Source of the DNA: Octopus vulgaris
Lineage: Eukaryota
Reading direction: 5' to 3'
NCBI GenBank assembly: GCA_951406725.2
Contig: OX597832.1
Coordinates: 68,758,001 to 68,822,000, forward strand
Length of the DNA stretch: 64,000 nt
The translations under genes and the position numbers were made by a program. The notes beneath the pieces were generated by a model. The model was not told where the DNA came from. It ran no database searches and worked only from the letters and a program-made list of their open reading frames with translations. Position 1 is the stretch's first letter; each line of letters starts with the position of its first letter. This document shows, one piece after another, positions 26,958 to 42,004 of this stretch.

Positions 26958-28797
26958 GAGGAGGAGGAGGAGTGTGAAGGTAGTAAGCTGTTAGAAACAG
27001 AGTATTAAAAGAAATGCTTTGTATATTTGTTCTGGGTTCAAATCCTAGTAAAGTCCGTATTGCCTTTCATCCTTTCAGGATCATTAAAATAAAGGACCAG
27101 CTATTGGATCTCTGTCCAAATTAACAACCTGTTGTTCTTCTTGTTATTCATTGAGGGTTTTTACTGCTGCAACAAGTGCAAATCTGTGCACCTTGGATAT
27201 CTGCAGTGTTTTTTGTTTGTTTGCATTGTTTTCATTATGTCAAAAGTACCCAATGTGATACAGATGGGATGCATAGCAGTTGCTAGTTTTCCTTCTCCCT
27301 CTCCTCCTCAGAATATAAGGATGGATGAAATATTTCTAACAATTCTGCCAGCTCACTGCCTTTCATTGCACTTTATATTCATGTGCCTTGAAGCAAAATA
27401 TTGACAACCATGTGGCCCAAAAAGAACAGAAATAAAACAAATTTAGCAAAACTAAAAACATTTGTTCACCAAGAGACACAGAAACATTCATGTGCATGTG
27501 TACACACACACACACACACACATGAAGGGGATTTTTTCTTTTTTCAAATGAAAGCGATGATAGAAATTTGTAAGGAGAAACAATTTCTTCATTTGCAAAC
27601 ACATCAAAGGAAAAATTATCCTTAAACACGGGTAAGTCAGACAAGAGAAAGAATGCATATTGGTAGCTACGAATGAAAACAGATGCTGTGATAACGGAAG
27701 ATGCAACAATGAAGGAATACACTGTAACAATGTCTACGTTCTCAAAGTCACAAAAGGTTTTGTTCTTTCAACAGAACAGCTGGAACCAGCCCCTACTTAT
27801 ACTTGGTGTGAGATTGCCTACATTTAGCAGATGCGGTCACAATGCATAACAAGTGCAATTTTTAAAACTGAAAAAAGTTGGAGAGGTTAATTTGATGCAT
27901 TAGACACTGTCTCTGTAATAATTCCACAGAGTTTGGAATGTAAAAGGCATCACTAATGATCATATTTGCAGAAAAATGAGCAGGCAATCTTTTAATATAA
28001 ATAAATAAATATATATTTATATTGGGGAGGATAATTTTCATCATCATCAAGTGTTTTAAATCTGGGTTTTGTCCCTGTTGATGGGGGTGGCTGGATCTAC
28101 CTCAATACCATAGCAACCAAGTTAGGCAGGTGCAGTTCACCCCAACCCTTGGGCTGGCTGGTGCCCATTCTCCTTTGCTATCATGAGGCTTTTTTGGATC
28201 TGGATTTTCTACAGGGAGCATGCCCTTGTTTGCCCCCAACCTCAGTTTCTAGGCATGAGTGGTCCCGAGACCAAGGATTCTACCATGATTTTAAAGAAAT
28301 GTGGAAAACTAGCTCAGGAACAGGGATGCTACTCCCTGAGACCCCTTTCAGAGCCCCCCTACCTACGTATATAATTACTCATGATCCCATGAGACATAAA
28401 AAGCTGATTCAAAAAGTGGGTCTCGTGGTTGTTAAGAGGAATAGCAGTATCTTTTATTATCAAAATTCAGTGAAAACATGTCTGCTAATGGGGAAAATAT
28501 TGGCTTCCTTAGCAACAGGTGAGGGTTGGCAACAGAAAGGCATCCATTTCAAGAAATCTGCCTTCAAGAATTATGTTTGACCTGTGCAAGCATGGAAAAG
28601 TGGACATTGAAACAATAGCATCACTGATGGAAGTGGTGGTAATGGTGGGGGCATATTGATGATAATCTTCTTTATTCTTACATCTAATCTTTAAAAATAA
28701 TTAGTCTCACACTTTTAGCTTATTCATAGGTATGTATGTAGATGCATAAATGTAAACATACATACGTTCATACATCGATGATGATGATGACATATAT

Positions 28798-29205
28798 TAC
28801 TCTTTTACTTGTTTCAGTCATTTGACTGCGGCCATGCTGGAGCACCGCGTTTAATCGAGCAACTCGACCCCGGGACTTATTCTTTTGTAAGCCCAGTACT
28901 TATTCTATCGGTCTCTTTTGCCGAACTGCTAAGTAACGGGGACATAAACAAACCAGCATTGGTTGTCAAGCAATGCTAGGGGGACAAACACAGATACACA
29001 AACACACACACGCATATATATATATATATATATATACATATATACGACGGGCTTCTTTCAGTTTCCGTCTACCAAATCCACTCACAAGGCTTTGGTTGGC
29101 CTGAGGCTATAGTAGAAGACAATTGCCCAAGGTGCCACGCAGTGGGACTGAACACAGAACCATGTGGTTCGTAAGCAAGCTACTTACCACACAGCCACTC
29201 CTGCA

Positions 29206-29208
<3 letters not shown>
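28798..29208 (-). mobile_element. SINE family 1 copy (young)
   Basis: Near-identical to 49986-50393. Confidence 0.9.
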
Positions 29209-29257
<49 letters not shown>

Positions 29258-29671
29258 TACACACATGCATACACATGAATATTTATTTACTTACTTGTCA
29301 GTACAACTACTGTATTGATCTCTTAGACAGATTTTAGAATTACCTTTTCTGCTTGTTGCAAAACCAGCAAACTGTGTGTTCCCTAGGAAATTATATATTG
29401 TATGCAGAGGCAAGCTGCTGGCATCTCTAGCAGATGAGGTGTCCAGTACCGAAGAGTGGCAGAAATAGCTCAAAACCAGGACTGGTCAACTGGTCCCATT
29501 GCTAAAAGGTGGTAGGGTTCGCTCCTCTGCTCCCAATTTTTTGGATACAGCTGTACATTGTTAACCTGCTAGAATAGATGTCCTCTTGGGGTTAAAAAAA
29601 TCACAGTAGAATCTGCATGAATGGAGCAGCTATGTTAAAGTGGCTACGAATATTACTTATTTACTTATATC

Positions 29672-29943
29672 CAGTGGTGGACTAGGTCTAAAAGTATTGG
29701 TTACCAAGAGACTAAGGGGTCCACCCACAACTACAAGGGGGCTAACATTTAATTTTTTGTGCGAAAAGTATTCTTTTCAACTGTCTACAAACACAACCAG
29801 ACGGAAAGAATTAATGCATTCTTCCAGGAGTGAATAAGAAATTCTCAAACTTGATACTAACATGGGCTTCCATATATGGATTCTAATAGCACAGGAGCCC
29901 ACTTGCCATCGGACAAGCTGGTAACCTGGCCAGTCCACCACTG
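29672..29943. mobile_element. hAT-type MITE
   Basis: TIR CAGTGGTGGACT / AGTCCACCACTG. 8-bp TSD cttatatc / cttatata (7 of 8 match). Confidence 0.8.
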
Positions 29944-30297
29944 CTTATATATTTTCTTACATATTCAGTTTGGAAATCTCTTTTATTACATCTGTTTAGT
30001 TCCATGCCATTAGGTTTATTCTTCTCACAATACGTTCATTTTAATTGGTTTTAATTCTTCACAAATCTGATTATGTCTATGTGTGTGTGTGTGTGTGCAT
30101 GGCTGCCTGTGTATGTATTTTTTGTGTGTAGTTTAACACATGGCAAATATATTTGTTTATTTTTCATGTGTCTATGATATCTTTATGGCTTATAATTTTG
30201 TTTATTTATTTGTTTGTTTTACATTCCACTGCAATCATATTGTGTTATTCTAACCTTTGGCTGAATTAATCATAAAAGCATGTGGCTATGCGTATAC

Positions 30298-30343
<46 letters not shown>

Positions 30344-30681
30344 GACAGACAGATGGATACATTGATTGATATATCTTAAAATTTAGTTTTATCTGCAACC
30401 AAATCAGATGCCTCTGTATTCAGCAGATGCCTCTCCAATCATATTCATCTAACCCAAGTATGAATATACACATACATAGGCACAGGAGTGGCTGTGTGGT
30501 AAGATGATTGCTTTCCAGACACATGGTTCCAGGTTCAGTCCCAATGCACAGCACCTTGGGCAACTGTCTTATACTATAGCTTTGGGCCAACCAAAGCCTT
30601 GTGAGGGAATTTGGTAGATGGAAACTGAAAGAAACCTGTCGTATATATATATGAATGTATGTATATGTGTATGTATATATT

Positions 30682-30744
<63 letters not shown>

Positions 30745-30848
30745 AAATAAGAAACAAATAAAAACATAAAGAATAAAAATATACATACACTTGTGTGCAT
30801 ATACACACATACACATGGACACATGCACATATGCGTACACACACAAGT

Positions 30849-30881
<33 letters not shown>

Positions 30882-31869
30882 TATACACATACACAGGTGC
30901 ATGTACCTATACATACACACCTTCATATATTTTTCACTTGTACATGTATATATATTGCAACATATAACTGCACTGCCTTTATGTTACAGCATTATATAAT
31001 GTGTAGATAAAACATAAATATAAGGAAAACATAAATAAAATCAAATGTAGTGATCAGTGATACTAGAATAAGTGAGATACAATAAAGGATAACAAATAAC
31101 AGATAAGAGATTAAAAAAATTAAAACAAGAAGTATACCTATGACGTCAAATGCCAGATTATAAAAAATCTTACCATTAATGAGAGGAAAATATTAAGAAT
31201 TTCTAATTAAGGGGTTGAAAACACAGGGCAACAATTTTCTATTTGATACTTACAGCTTTAGATAAAATACACAATTACATCAGAGGATATAATTATGAAT
31301 AGGAGTTTATTTATAAGGGATATATCCAGATTATTTCATAGATTTAAAGCATGCAAATATATATGTAATATTATGCAAGCAGTGCAGCTTAAGCTTTCTC
31401 ACCTTATTGAGAAGATTACCTGGATGTGTAACGATTTTGTACAATTCAGCACAACTAGTATGGTGCAGCCAGGCTAGTTACCTGTGTACAGCAATACTTT
31501 TCTAATAATGCTGCAGGCAATATTGAATTGAGTTATTTCTATCTTTCAACTCCCACACTTTCTCTGCAAGTGACTAACCTTATCCCTATTTCTAAAGGGA
31601 AAAAAATGGTCATATAATTTTAGTTTGAAGTAATAAGCAGTTGAGCATATATAATTAAAAGTATTCATATCTGATGTCATGTCACATTTATATACAATGT
31701 TTTTAGTTAAGCAAGGGTTGTTGAAAGGACAAAGAGATTTTTTTCTGAAGTTACATAATTTCGAGGATGACTGGCTACCAGTATTGTAATTACCATTTAA
31801 GTATGGTATTTCTGCCTTACATGTTTATTTGTTTAAACTCAACTGAGGATAGTGGATTTTCACGGTGAT

Positions 31870-33342
31870 GTAATTTAGGTCATAGCCCAACTAATTAGGG
31901 AGAGAGTTAGTCTAGATACAGTTCGGTTTTGTCCTCGAGAGAAGCACCACTGATGCAATATTTCTGGTAAGGCAACTTCAGGAGAAATACATAGCAAAAG
32001 GTAAACCTCTGTACTTGGCTTTTGTTGACTTGGAGAAAGCTTTTGACAGGGTCCCCCAATCCCTTATCTAATGGTAAATATGGAAACTAGGGATAAATGA
32101 GTGAGTCTTAATAAGTAGGAAGGCAGACAAATCACAAATCCTTTCAGGTAGGTGGCTTTGCTCAATCTGTAGAAATGGCATAGGAAGAAACTCCATAAGA
32201 TGTACCCAGTGTAAGCTATGGACACATAAGAGGTGCAACAAAATCAGAAGTTTAACGGAGAAAATAGCTTTTGTATGCAGAAGATGTACAGGTACAATAA
32301 ATACCAAAAATGTACAGAAAATAGACTACATCAACTGTCGGGGGACGGGGTGCAAGCCAGAGGTAGTAGACAGCTTCCATTATCTAGGTGACCAAGTTAC
32401 TAGTGGAGATGGATACTCTAAGAGCATAGCTGTACAAAGTTCGGAGAACACCTACTTCTGCTGGAATCAAAGTGACTCTTACTCAGAGTGAAAGGAAGAT
32501 TGTACGATGCTTGTGTGTGAATAGCTATGATACACAGTAATGAAACATGGAGTATGACAGCTGAGGAAATGCGTAGGCTTGAAATAAATGAAGCCTTTAT
32601 GCTTCACGGGATGTGCAATGTCAGTGTGCATGTTTGACAGAGTGTAAGCATGTTGATAGAAAAGTTGGGCATAGGGGACATCAGATGTGGTGTACAAGAG
32701 AGATGACTGTGCTGGTATGGCCATATGATGCGTATGGACAAGGGCAGCTGTGTAAAGAAGAGCTGACCTTTAACTATGGAGGAAACCTGTGGTAGAGGTA
32801 AACACAGGAAGACATAGGATGAAGTGGTGAAGCATTATCTTTGAACTTTCAGCCTCTCAGAGGTAACAATTAGTGACCAAGACCTTTGATGATATGCTGT
32901 GCTTGAAAAGCCCTGTCAAGTCAAGTAAAATCGTAGTTGTGGCTGATGTTAGTGTCATATAACTGGTACCCATGACAGTAGCATGTGAAATGCACCTTTT
33001 GGGCTCAGGTCCTCATGGAGGCAAAGTGGCTGATGCCAGTCATGCATGAGCAATGCCAGTGCCACCTGACTCGTACCCATGCTGGTGGTATGTAAAAAGC
33101 ACCATTTGAGCATGACCAATTCCAGTGCCACCTGATTGGCTCCCGTGCTGGTGGCACATAAAAGCAATCGCTACATTCTGTGGGTGGCTGGCTTTAGAAA
33201 GGGGAACTAGCTGTAGAAACCTTATCAAATCAGACTGGAGCCTGGTCCTGCCTCCCAGCTTGCCAGATCTCACTCAAACCATCCAACCCATACCAGCATG
33301 GAAAGCAGACGTTAAATGACAATGATGGTGATGAAGATGATG
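31870..33342 (+). mobile_element. RTE LINE fragment with internal deletions
   Basis: STTDAIFLVRQLQEKY...AFVDLEKAFDRV, zinc-finger segment, 3' UTR repeats and ATG tail. Confidence 0.85.
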
Positions 33343-33363
33343 TATATAAACATATATATAATC

Positions 33364-33404
<41 letters not shown>

Positions 33405-33458
33405 CACACACACACACACACATATGTATGTATGTATGTATGTATATTAATATATATA

Positions 33459-34322
33459 CAGGGTGTCCCAAAAAATTTGTCATCGTTTCATTACCTATTA
33501 ACACGAAGAATTTTCATCCAAATTGTCTCAAATTTTAGCAGTATGTCTAGAAAGCAATACACTTTTAAAATATGTGTTTTTTTTGTATGTTTTTCTTATC
33601 AAGGAAAAAGGTGTTTTGTGTATTGAATACTCCTAAACTCAATGAAATGTGAATGCGCAACATATATTTATTAGAAGATTTCATAAGCAAACACCAACAG
33701 GGAAGCAGATTTTGATGTGGCATAAGAAGTTTCAAGAGGAAGGCTGTTTATTTCAGACAAAAGGATCTGAACGGTCAGCAGTTTCAGAAGAGATGGTAAA
33801 CCAACTTCGGGAAATGCTTAGTCGGAGGCCAAAACAACCTGTGCAAAGAGCAAGCCTGGAAACCTGGATCCCCAAAGTCAACTGTTTGGCGTGTCATAAG
33901 AAAAACGCATGTAGTTGATCCCCTCCAAACTTCAGCTTGTGCAGAATTTAAAGCTGGTTGTGAAGATAGGCAAGAGAAACTTGGAGATGACAACTTTGAA
34001 AACCATCTTCTTTTCAGCAGTGAAGTCACATTCCATATGAATGGCAAAGTGAACAAGCAAAATGATCACATTTGGGGCAAAGAAAATCGACACGACACAA
34101 TAGAACATGAAAGGGACTCATCAAAATGAGTTCTGTGCCATCTCAAAGAACTGTGATAACTTTGGAACATTATAAAATTATCATCTCACAGAATTTTGCA
34201 CACGAAATTTGTAGAATAAAACTTATGTTGAAAATTAAGCCTATCAAGTTTCATTTTTCTTGACCATGTAATCACTTTGATATGCACATTTCAAATGATA
34301 TCCAATATATTGGGATACCTTG
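33459..34322 (+). mobile_element. Tc1-like transposon, internally deleted
   Basis: TA-CAGGGTGTCCCA ... TGGGATACCTTG-TA TIRs. Decayed transposase: WHKKFQEEGC, FSSEVTFHMNGKVNKQNDHIWG. Confidence 0.8.
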
Positions 34323-34458
34323 TATATGAATATATATATATATATATATATATACAAAGTAGTAAATATATGGCACAACGAAGTACCGATATTTACTGGA
34401 AATAGCGAACGGGCTATTCTTTACTGGAAAGCAATACTGTAGTATTGCATTACTAATT

Positions 34459-34490
<32 letters not shown>

Positions 34491-34742
34491 ATTACACACA
34501 CACATACACAACGCTCACACACATTTGTGTTTGATAGAATGAACAGAACAAATCCAATTCAATAACAAGCATAAATATGTTTTCTTCTTTATTGTCAGAA
34601 TTTACCAAAGTAACTCAAGAGATGAGAGTCTCATACATGGCATTGCTTGCTGCCCTTCAGACCATTTTCTAATTTATGCTGATTAAAAATATATGTATAG
34701 GTGTGAGTGTGTCTGTACGTATTCATACATGCATGCATATAT

Positions 34743-34795
<53 letters not shown>

Positions 34796-36576
34796 TAGTT
34801 ATGTTCTCTAAAGACACAAAATTTGTTTCAACACACAGATTCAAATCAAGAATCTTGCAAATCAAATACAAGAACGAAGTATATATATATTTATATGTGT
34901 GAGTGTATGTCTGTGTGTGTGTGTTGGTGTGTGTATGTGTGTATATATATTATGTGTATATATACATATATATGTGTATGTGAATACACATATGTACGTA
35001 TTTCATAAATATAATTTAATTAAATCAAAATGAAACAAACTGATGAGGTGTGAAATGGTCTAAAATATTCTAATATAAATAATATTGATTCATGCAAATA
35101 AAAGTTGGTACATTTCAGGTATATGATATTGTAAAGTGTTAAGTATACTAAAAAGGATGAAAAGAAAAATGTTACAATAGGGGAGTGGAAGGGGCCTTAT
35201 TTCATTTTATCTTTTATATATATATAGTCTTTGCCTAAACACTCTACTTTAGCTAAATACATTACCATTTCTATAAATGAGAAAATAAATGATCAACAAT
35301 GGAACTGTACGAACTAATCATCGACTGCAAATTTAGCACAACATTTATGTACATTAGTCTTAACACATCGAATGCATAATTCATTGTAAAATTCATTAGG
35401 AATAAAGTAAAAAAAAAACACAAATGGTAATTCTTTACAATAGACATAACTCCATTTGAGGTGATTTAAACTGCCGGTTTTTACCTGCAGTACAGCCAGA
35501 AAATTAATAAGGTTTATAACAAAGAAGAAACATCTAAAGGAACAGATGCTACTTGCCACTGGGAGTACTTCAAAATTGTCGGGGACAAGAAAAATATAAA
35601 GATATATGAAATAGATAGAGAAGTAGTGCAAGAGAATGACCATTATTTTATTTTTTAATATTTTGCATGTTTTGTTTGTGGAGGCACATGGTCTAGTGGT
35701 CAGAGAAGTGAACTTGTGGCTGAGGGATTGTGGGTTCGAATCTCAGACTGGGCAATGTGTATGTTTTTGACCTTGGCTTTGGCAGAAGGTAATGGCAAAC
35801 TTTTGCTAACTGTTTTGCTACAACTTTCTCTCACTTTTTCCTCCTCCTGCATCTAGCAGCTCAACTGCAATGGACCAACATCCCATCCAGATGGGGAACC
35901 TGTATGCCAATGAAACCAGGAAACTGGCCCTTCGGAGCCAGGCATGGCTTGAGAAGAAACAACAACAACAACATGTTTTATTTATTTTAAATTTAAAACA
36001 GAACATTTTTTTTTATATATTAGATTAGATTTAAAAGTATATTAATTTTTTGTTTTTGTTTTTGCAGAGTTGCAATTCAACCGAACATGAAGAAAAGACA
36101 AACAAACAAAAAATGGTAGAATTACCAGATTCAGAAGTGCAAAGAAAGTAAACTTTTTTTTTTTTTTTTTTTACTTTTTGGGTTTCATTTCTGTTTGGTT
36201 TGTGGCATATGAAATGTGAAATATCAGCAAAGATAATCATCTTACGATTGCTGAAGAATTGAGAAGAATTGTTAAAATCAGTCCAATCTCTAATATATCA
36301 AAGTATGACATTTTTGATTGAATAAAAATCTAATCAACAGCAAAAAAAAAACAATATTATACACACACATATAAAATATAGAGAGTGATAAGAGAGACAG
36401 TAAGAGAGATGAAATATATATGTTTGTATGTAGGTGTATGATAAAAACATATGATTCAGATATAGGATATACATAGATATATATGATATATATATGTGTG
36501 TGTGTGTGTAAATAAACACACATATGTATATATCTTATATTGCATATATGTGAGATATATGTGTGTATGCGTGTAT

Positions 36577-36634
<58 letters not shown>

Positions 36635-36661
36635 CTATATATACATACATACACACACCTA

Positions 36662-36708
<47 letters not shown>

Positions 36709-37382
36709 AGCAGGAAAGTTCACCAAATGCTAAATTCCTGCTTGTCACATGCATATCATATCAAACTGTCAAGTCCATAAAGGAAGCAGTAAGTTATAAC
36801 AATAACATGGGGGTGAGGGGAGTGGGAAGAACGTAGGGAGTGGGGGTAGGGTTAAGCAGAGATAAAGTAGCAGTGAGTTGCACAGCAGCATTGACACCAG
36901 CAGCAGTATCAGTATCAGTGGTTGTTTTAATCAGATTAAAAACAATCAGCTGCCTTTTCACTAAAGCTACCTTTCACTCAGTGGAAACAATACAAACCAA
37001 AACTATATTTTCAAAGAATTAATCCTGAAAATTTTATTACACATATGACATTTAAAAAAAAAAAAAAAAAATTAAAATACAAATAATAAATAAATAATGA
37101 ATGATACCAAAGTCAATATACAAAAATTAGAGACAAAAACTAGGAAAGATGCCAGAAACACAGCCCAAATCATATTTTACAGTTGCTCCACCGACCCAGA
37201 TTGTCTGAATTTATTATTAAATTTCAGATTCGTTTCCTGTATTATCTCTGATGTTGAATATTTGCATTTTTCAGTGTCTACTTTGTTTGTTTCTAAGCAG
37301 ATTTCCCACATGATTTCAGAATTAAGTTAAATCATTTGTACCTAGTCACAGGTGAATGATTACAGATAGGCATGTAAATATA

Positions 37383-37433
<51 letters not shown>

Positions 37434-37530
37434 TATGTATGTATGTATTATGTATGTATGTATGTATGTATGTATGCATGCATTTATCATACATTATATA
37501 TATATATTTAAACAGACAGGCATATATACA

Positions 37531-37586
<56 letters not shown>

Positions 37587-37956
37587 TATGTATGTATGTA
37601 TATATATAAACAGATTGGCATATAAACATGTTCATATGTTCATTCATATATCTATATATGCAAGCAATGAAAGACTAAAGTGAGTACTCTCTATGCAGGT
37701 TTATGTTTGTATGGTTTGTGTGTGCATGCGTGCGTGTGTGTGTGTGCACGCGTGCGTGTGTGTATGTGTGTGTGAGAGAATATGTATTATTCATGTTTTA
37801 TTCATTTTTTTTAATAATACTTATAATTCAATTACTATCTTTAATCGAAAATCCATATCAAATCCATATTGATGTTTCTTGAACTTGTTAACATTTTAAC
37901 TTAATCATTTTTGAGTTTTGTTTAGTTATTTGTTTTATGCTTTTGACTTTTTCTCC

Positions 37957-38861
37957 CTGAGAAAACTTGCAATATTTTCCCAAATGAAGCAAACACTTGG
38001 TAATAATTATTGAGATGTTTGCACAGAAATTTTAGACATCTCATCCAGGATACTAATAATTATGATGGTAAAGGGAAATGCTTATACATGTATTTATGTG
38101 GTGTATGGCCATGGAGAGAATGTTATACTAATCAGTTAAGTCCCAACAGATATGTGTTTTTAAAACAATTATGAAAATAGAACAAAGAGGTTTCATTTGC
38201 AATCTTCTGTGGAAACATGTCTGGCCATTTGGGAAACATTACCTTTGCTTGAAAGCAGGTGAGGGTTGGTAACAGGAAGGGCGTCCTACCATTGTGAATC
38301 TGCTTCAATGAATTCTTTCTGACCCAAGCAAGCATGGATAAGTGGATATCAAATGATGATATATATCCTTTTCTACTTTAGGCACGAGACCCAAAATTTT
38401 GGAGGATGGGGGCTAGTTGATTATATTGACCCCAGTATGCAACTGGTACTTAATTTATTGACCCGAAAGGACACAAGGCAAAGCCAACCTTGGCAAAATT
38501 TGCACTCAGAATGTAAAGACAGACGAAATATCGTTCAGCATTTCACCCAGCATACTAACATTTGTGCCAGCTCCGCACTCCACCATTTTATGATGATGAT
38601 AAATATTTTGATGCCTATTGACAAACATTCCCCAGAAACACATTTATAAATGTATAACTATATATGTATATATGATGCCTTTATAGCATTTATATAGTTA
38701 ATGCATTCATATATATGTATGCATGCATGTATGTTTGTGTGTATGGGTATGCATAGCCACAGACATGACTGTCATGGTAACAATTTGTTTCTAAACCACA
38801 TGGTCTCAAGGTCAATCCCACTGGGAAGCACTTTGTTCAATTGTATTACATGGAAGTTCCT

Positions 38862-38893
<32 letters not shown>

Positions 38894-39188
38894 TATATCA
38901 TCATCATTATCGTTTAGCGTCCGTTTTCCATGCTAGCAAGGGTTATATATATATATATGCACATACATACATGCACTCTATTCAGTCTTATCCCAGAAAA
39001 TGAATCTCTCTCTCTCTCTGCTTCTCAACCACATGGTTCAGTCTCACTGTGACACCTTGGGCAAGTGCTTCCTGTTATAGCCTTGGGCTGACTGAAGCCT
39101 TGTGATTGAATTTGGTAGATGAAAGTTCCCATCATGTGTTTACATGTGTGTGCAAGTGCTTATGCCTCCTAACAGAGGAGGGAAGGGG

Positions 39189-39240
<52 letters not shown>

Positions 39241-40345
39241 TCACATTTAATTTAATGCTTAAGTCTTCTGAATGCAGAGTTTTAAAATCCACAATTTCAA
39301 TTAATCCACCACAGAAAAAAAACAACAAAAGTGTAATGCTATTAATTAAAGGATTTTTTCTATTTGAGAAAAGGAAAAGAAATGTGAAAATTCAAATTTG
39401 AAGTCTTAGATATGTCTCATGAATTCAAAAGATAAAATAGAATAAGCTCTTCTAATCTATAAAATATATTTAAACTGATATGAATTACAATTTTGCATTT
39501 GATAATTGATAATTGTTTTATCCCCCCTCCCCATACACAGTAGCTTGCAGGTAAATCCTTGTGAGATGATATCACTGAAAACACACCCCACTTCTTAAAA
39601 GAAGATTACAGAAAGCTGAATTAATTATCATTTAACAGTTTAAGTTAATTATCACATTAGAAGAGAAATCTTCAAGGCAAAACTGGAATTTTCTGCAAAG
39701 ATAATGCTTAATTAACCTGTAAAATATTCCAATCAGGCTTCATATTCTTTACCATTTTATAATTAAAATGAAACCCAAAGTTTTCCAACAACAAAATGCA
39801 TGTGTTATTAAAGAGAGATATTTCAATTAGTAAATTTCTAGCATTTAAAAAAAAAATTGTTGTTTTAATCACACTTTTATGATATTAACTTAAAAAGAAA
39901 AAATGGAATCATTTTCATGTAACTAACAGCATAACCTCTATGATCATTAACTGTTTGATAGGTCAGGAGTTCAAATCCTGTTAAAGGGGTTTTTTTCATT
40001 ACATGAAACAACATTGTCATATATATGTATATATTTAAAAATCTTTATTCTTGAGAAAACCTGGAAAATTTTCCCAGATGAAGCAAATACTTGGTAATAA
40101 CTATTAATTGAAATGTTTGTACAGAAAATTTAGACATTTCATCCAGTATATTAATAAATTTGATGGCAAAGAAAAATGCTTATACATGTATTTATGTGGC
40201 TTTGAGTCCCAATGGCTCTCAGTTTTAACAGAAGTATTATGAAAATAGAACAAAGAAGTTCTATGAAAACATACCTGGCCATTTGGGAAATATCATTTTG
40301 CTTGGAATCAGGTGAAGGTTGACAACAAGAAGGGCATCCAGCCAT
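37957..40345 (+). repeat. old dispersed direct duplication (~37957-38295 vs ~40052-40345)
   Basis: Shared 'gagaaaac.tg.aa..ttttccca.atgaagcaaa.acttggtaataa...gcttatacatgtatttatgtgg...atgaaaatagaacaa'. Confidence 0.8.
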
Positions 40346-40981
40346 AGTACATCTATAAAACTTATTTTAACTTACCATCAGTGAGATATCCTTTGCATGG
40401 ACAGTCAATCTGCTAAAAATGGCAGTTACTCCACCCTCAACTAATACTCTATTGTCTTTAAAATGGAATAAATATAGAAAACTTCTGAATATTGTTATAC
40501 TCAGTCAAAGATGACCAGATACTAAACAGAACTACTACCACCATTACTATCACCACCTTCAAAAGCAGCAGCAATAACAAGACTGAAATTTTAGCTGACT
40601 TGAGATATTCAGTGGGATTGCACCATCTGCTAGAAATATCTACTAAATTTCCTGGAGATTACATTCTATAAATTCAAAACTCTAAGAAAGGTAAATTTAG
40701 ACAATAATCTGCTAAATACATTGTTTATGAAAGAACATAGGCTATATTATCACATGTGGAATTTTGGAAATCAAATGTCTGCTAGAAGCAACAACATGAC
40801 TCAACTTCAATCGGGAGAAGACATGGCTAACAGAACATTTTGGAGAAGGAAATAAAACCTTCAGCTCTAGAAGTGTTAATATCGATACCTTCTACCTTAT
40901 TTTTATTATATATTCAAGAGTGATAGAATATGTGATTGGATCAACCCTAGAAATTGTAAAATAGTTAGGTAAGCTTTAGAA

Positions 40982-41698
40982 TTTTCAAAGACCAATTCAA
41001 TACTGGAAATATTGAAGTTGCATTTGAACTCTCATCATGGAAGAACACACCCAAGAGTGCTAGGATTCATTCACTTGATACCCACTTACAGAAATTACAG
41101 TGTACAAAAGAGAATGAAGATAATCCCAAATATATAAGATGAAGTTCAAAAATTAAAATGGAAACTACGAAATTTTTTTGTTGCACAAATCCAAAACTTA
41201 CACACTAGAAACTACAAAAAACTCCCACTAAAAACGGAGAGGCTTTTATGAAGTTGCTTGTCTTGATGTAAATAACAGTCAAATTTCAAACACACTTCCT
41301 ATCATATGTTATGTTCCTGCAAAAAGTGAGAGTATTGAAATTACTAACTAGAATACTAACATATACTAACAGGAGTATCAATATATTGCATAATTAAAAG
41401 TTAACAATTTAAGGCAAGAGAATGATTGGCTTAAGTGACCCTAGTTCTGACTGGTAATAATTTTAATGACATAGTGTGTAAGTTTTGGATTTGTTCAACA
41501 AAACAATTTCGTAGTTTCCATTTTAATTTTTGAACGTCATCTTATATATTGGGGATTATCTTCATTCTCTTTTGTACACTGTAATTTCTTTAATTGGGTA
41601 TGAAGTGGGTGACTCCTAGCGCTCTTGAGTGTGTTCTTCCATGATGAGAGTTCAAATGCAACTTCAATATTTCCAGTATTGTATTGGTCTTTGAAAAG
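40982..41698. repeat. ~225-bp inverted repeat with ~265-bp spacer
   Basis: 40982-41206 is the reverse complement of 41472-41698 with few mismatches. Confidence 0.9.
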
Positions 41699-42004
41699 TT
41701 AGTTAACACTGTGGTTTGAATTTATTTAGTAGAGATTTCAGTATGTAAAAAAGAATAATTAGTCAATCACTCTACAGATTCTGTCGTTCATCATGTTAAC
41801 AGGAATTACAATGATTAATTAACATTTCTGTCAGCTACCACTTAATTATGAAATGAGAGTGGATCCTTGGCCAGTTAAGTGTACTGAGCCAATCCAGGAT
41901 TATTTGATCTGTTTAAGAGAAAAGAAAAAGGTCTAATGACTTTAGCAAAGTTCAAAATTGTATAAATGTTACAAGTGAGCTGGTACTGCAATTAATAGTT
42001 AATA

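Noticed and set aside
35040-35062. CTGATGA ggtgt GAAA tggtc
   Set aside because: No stem II or stem I pairing; likely chance.
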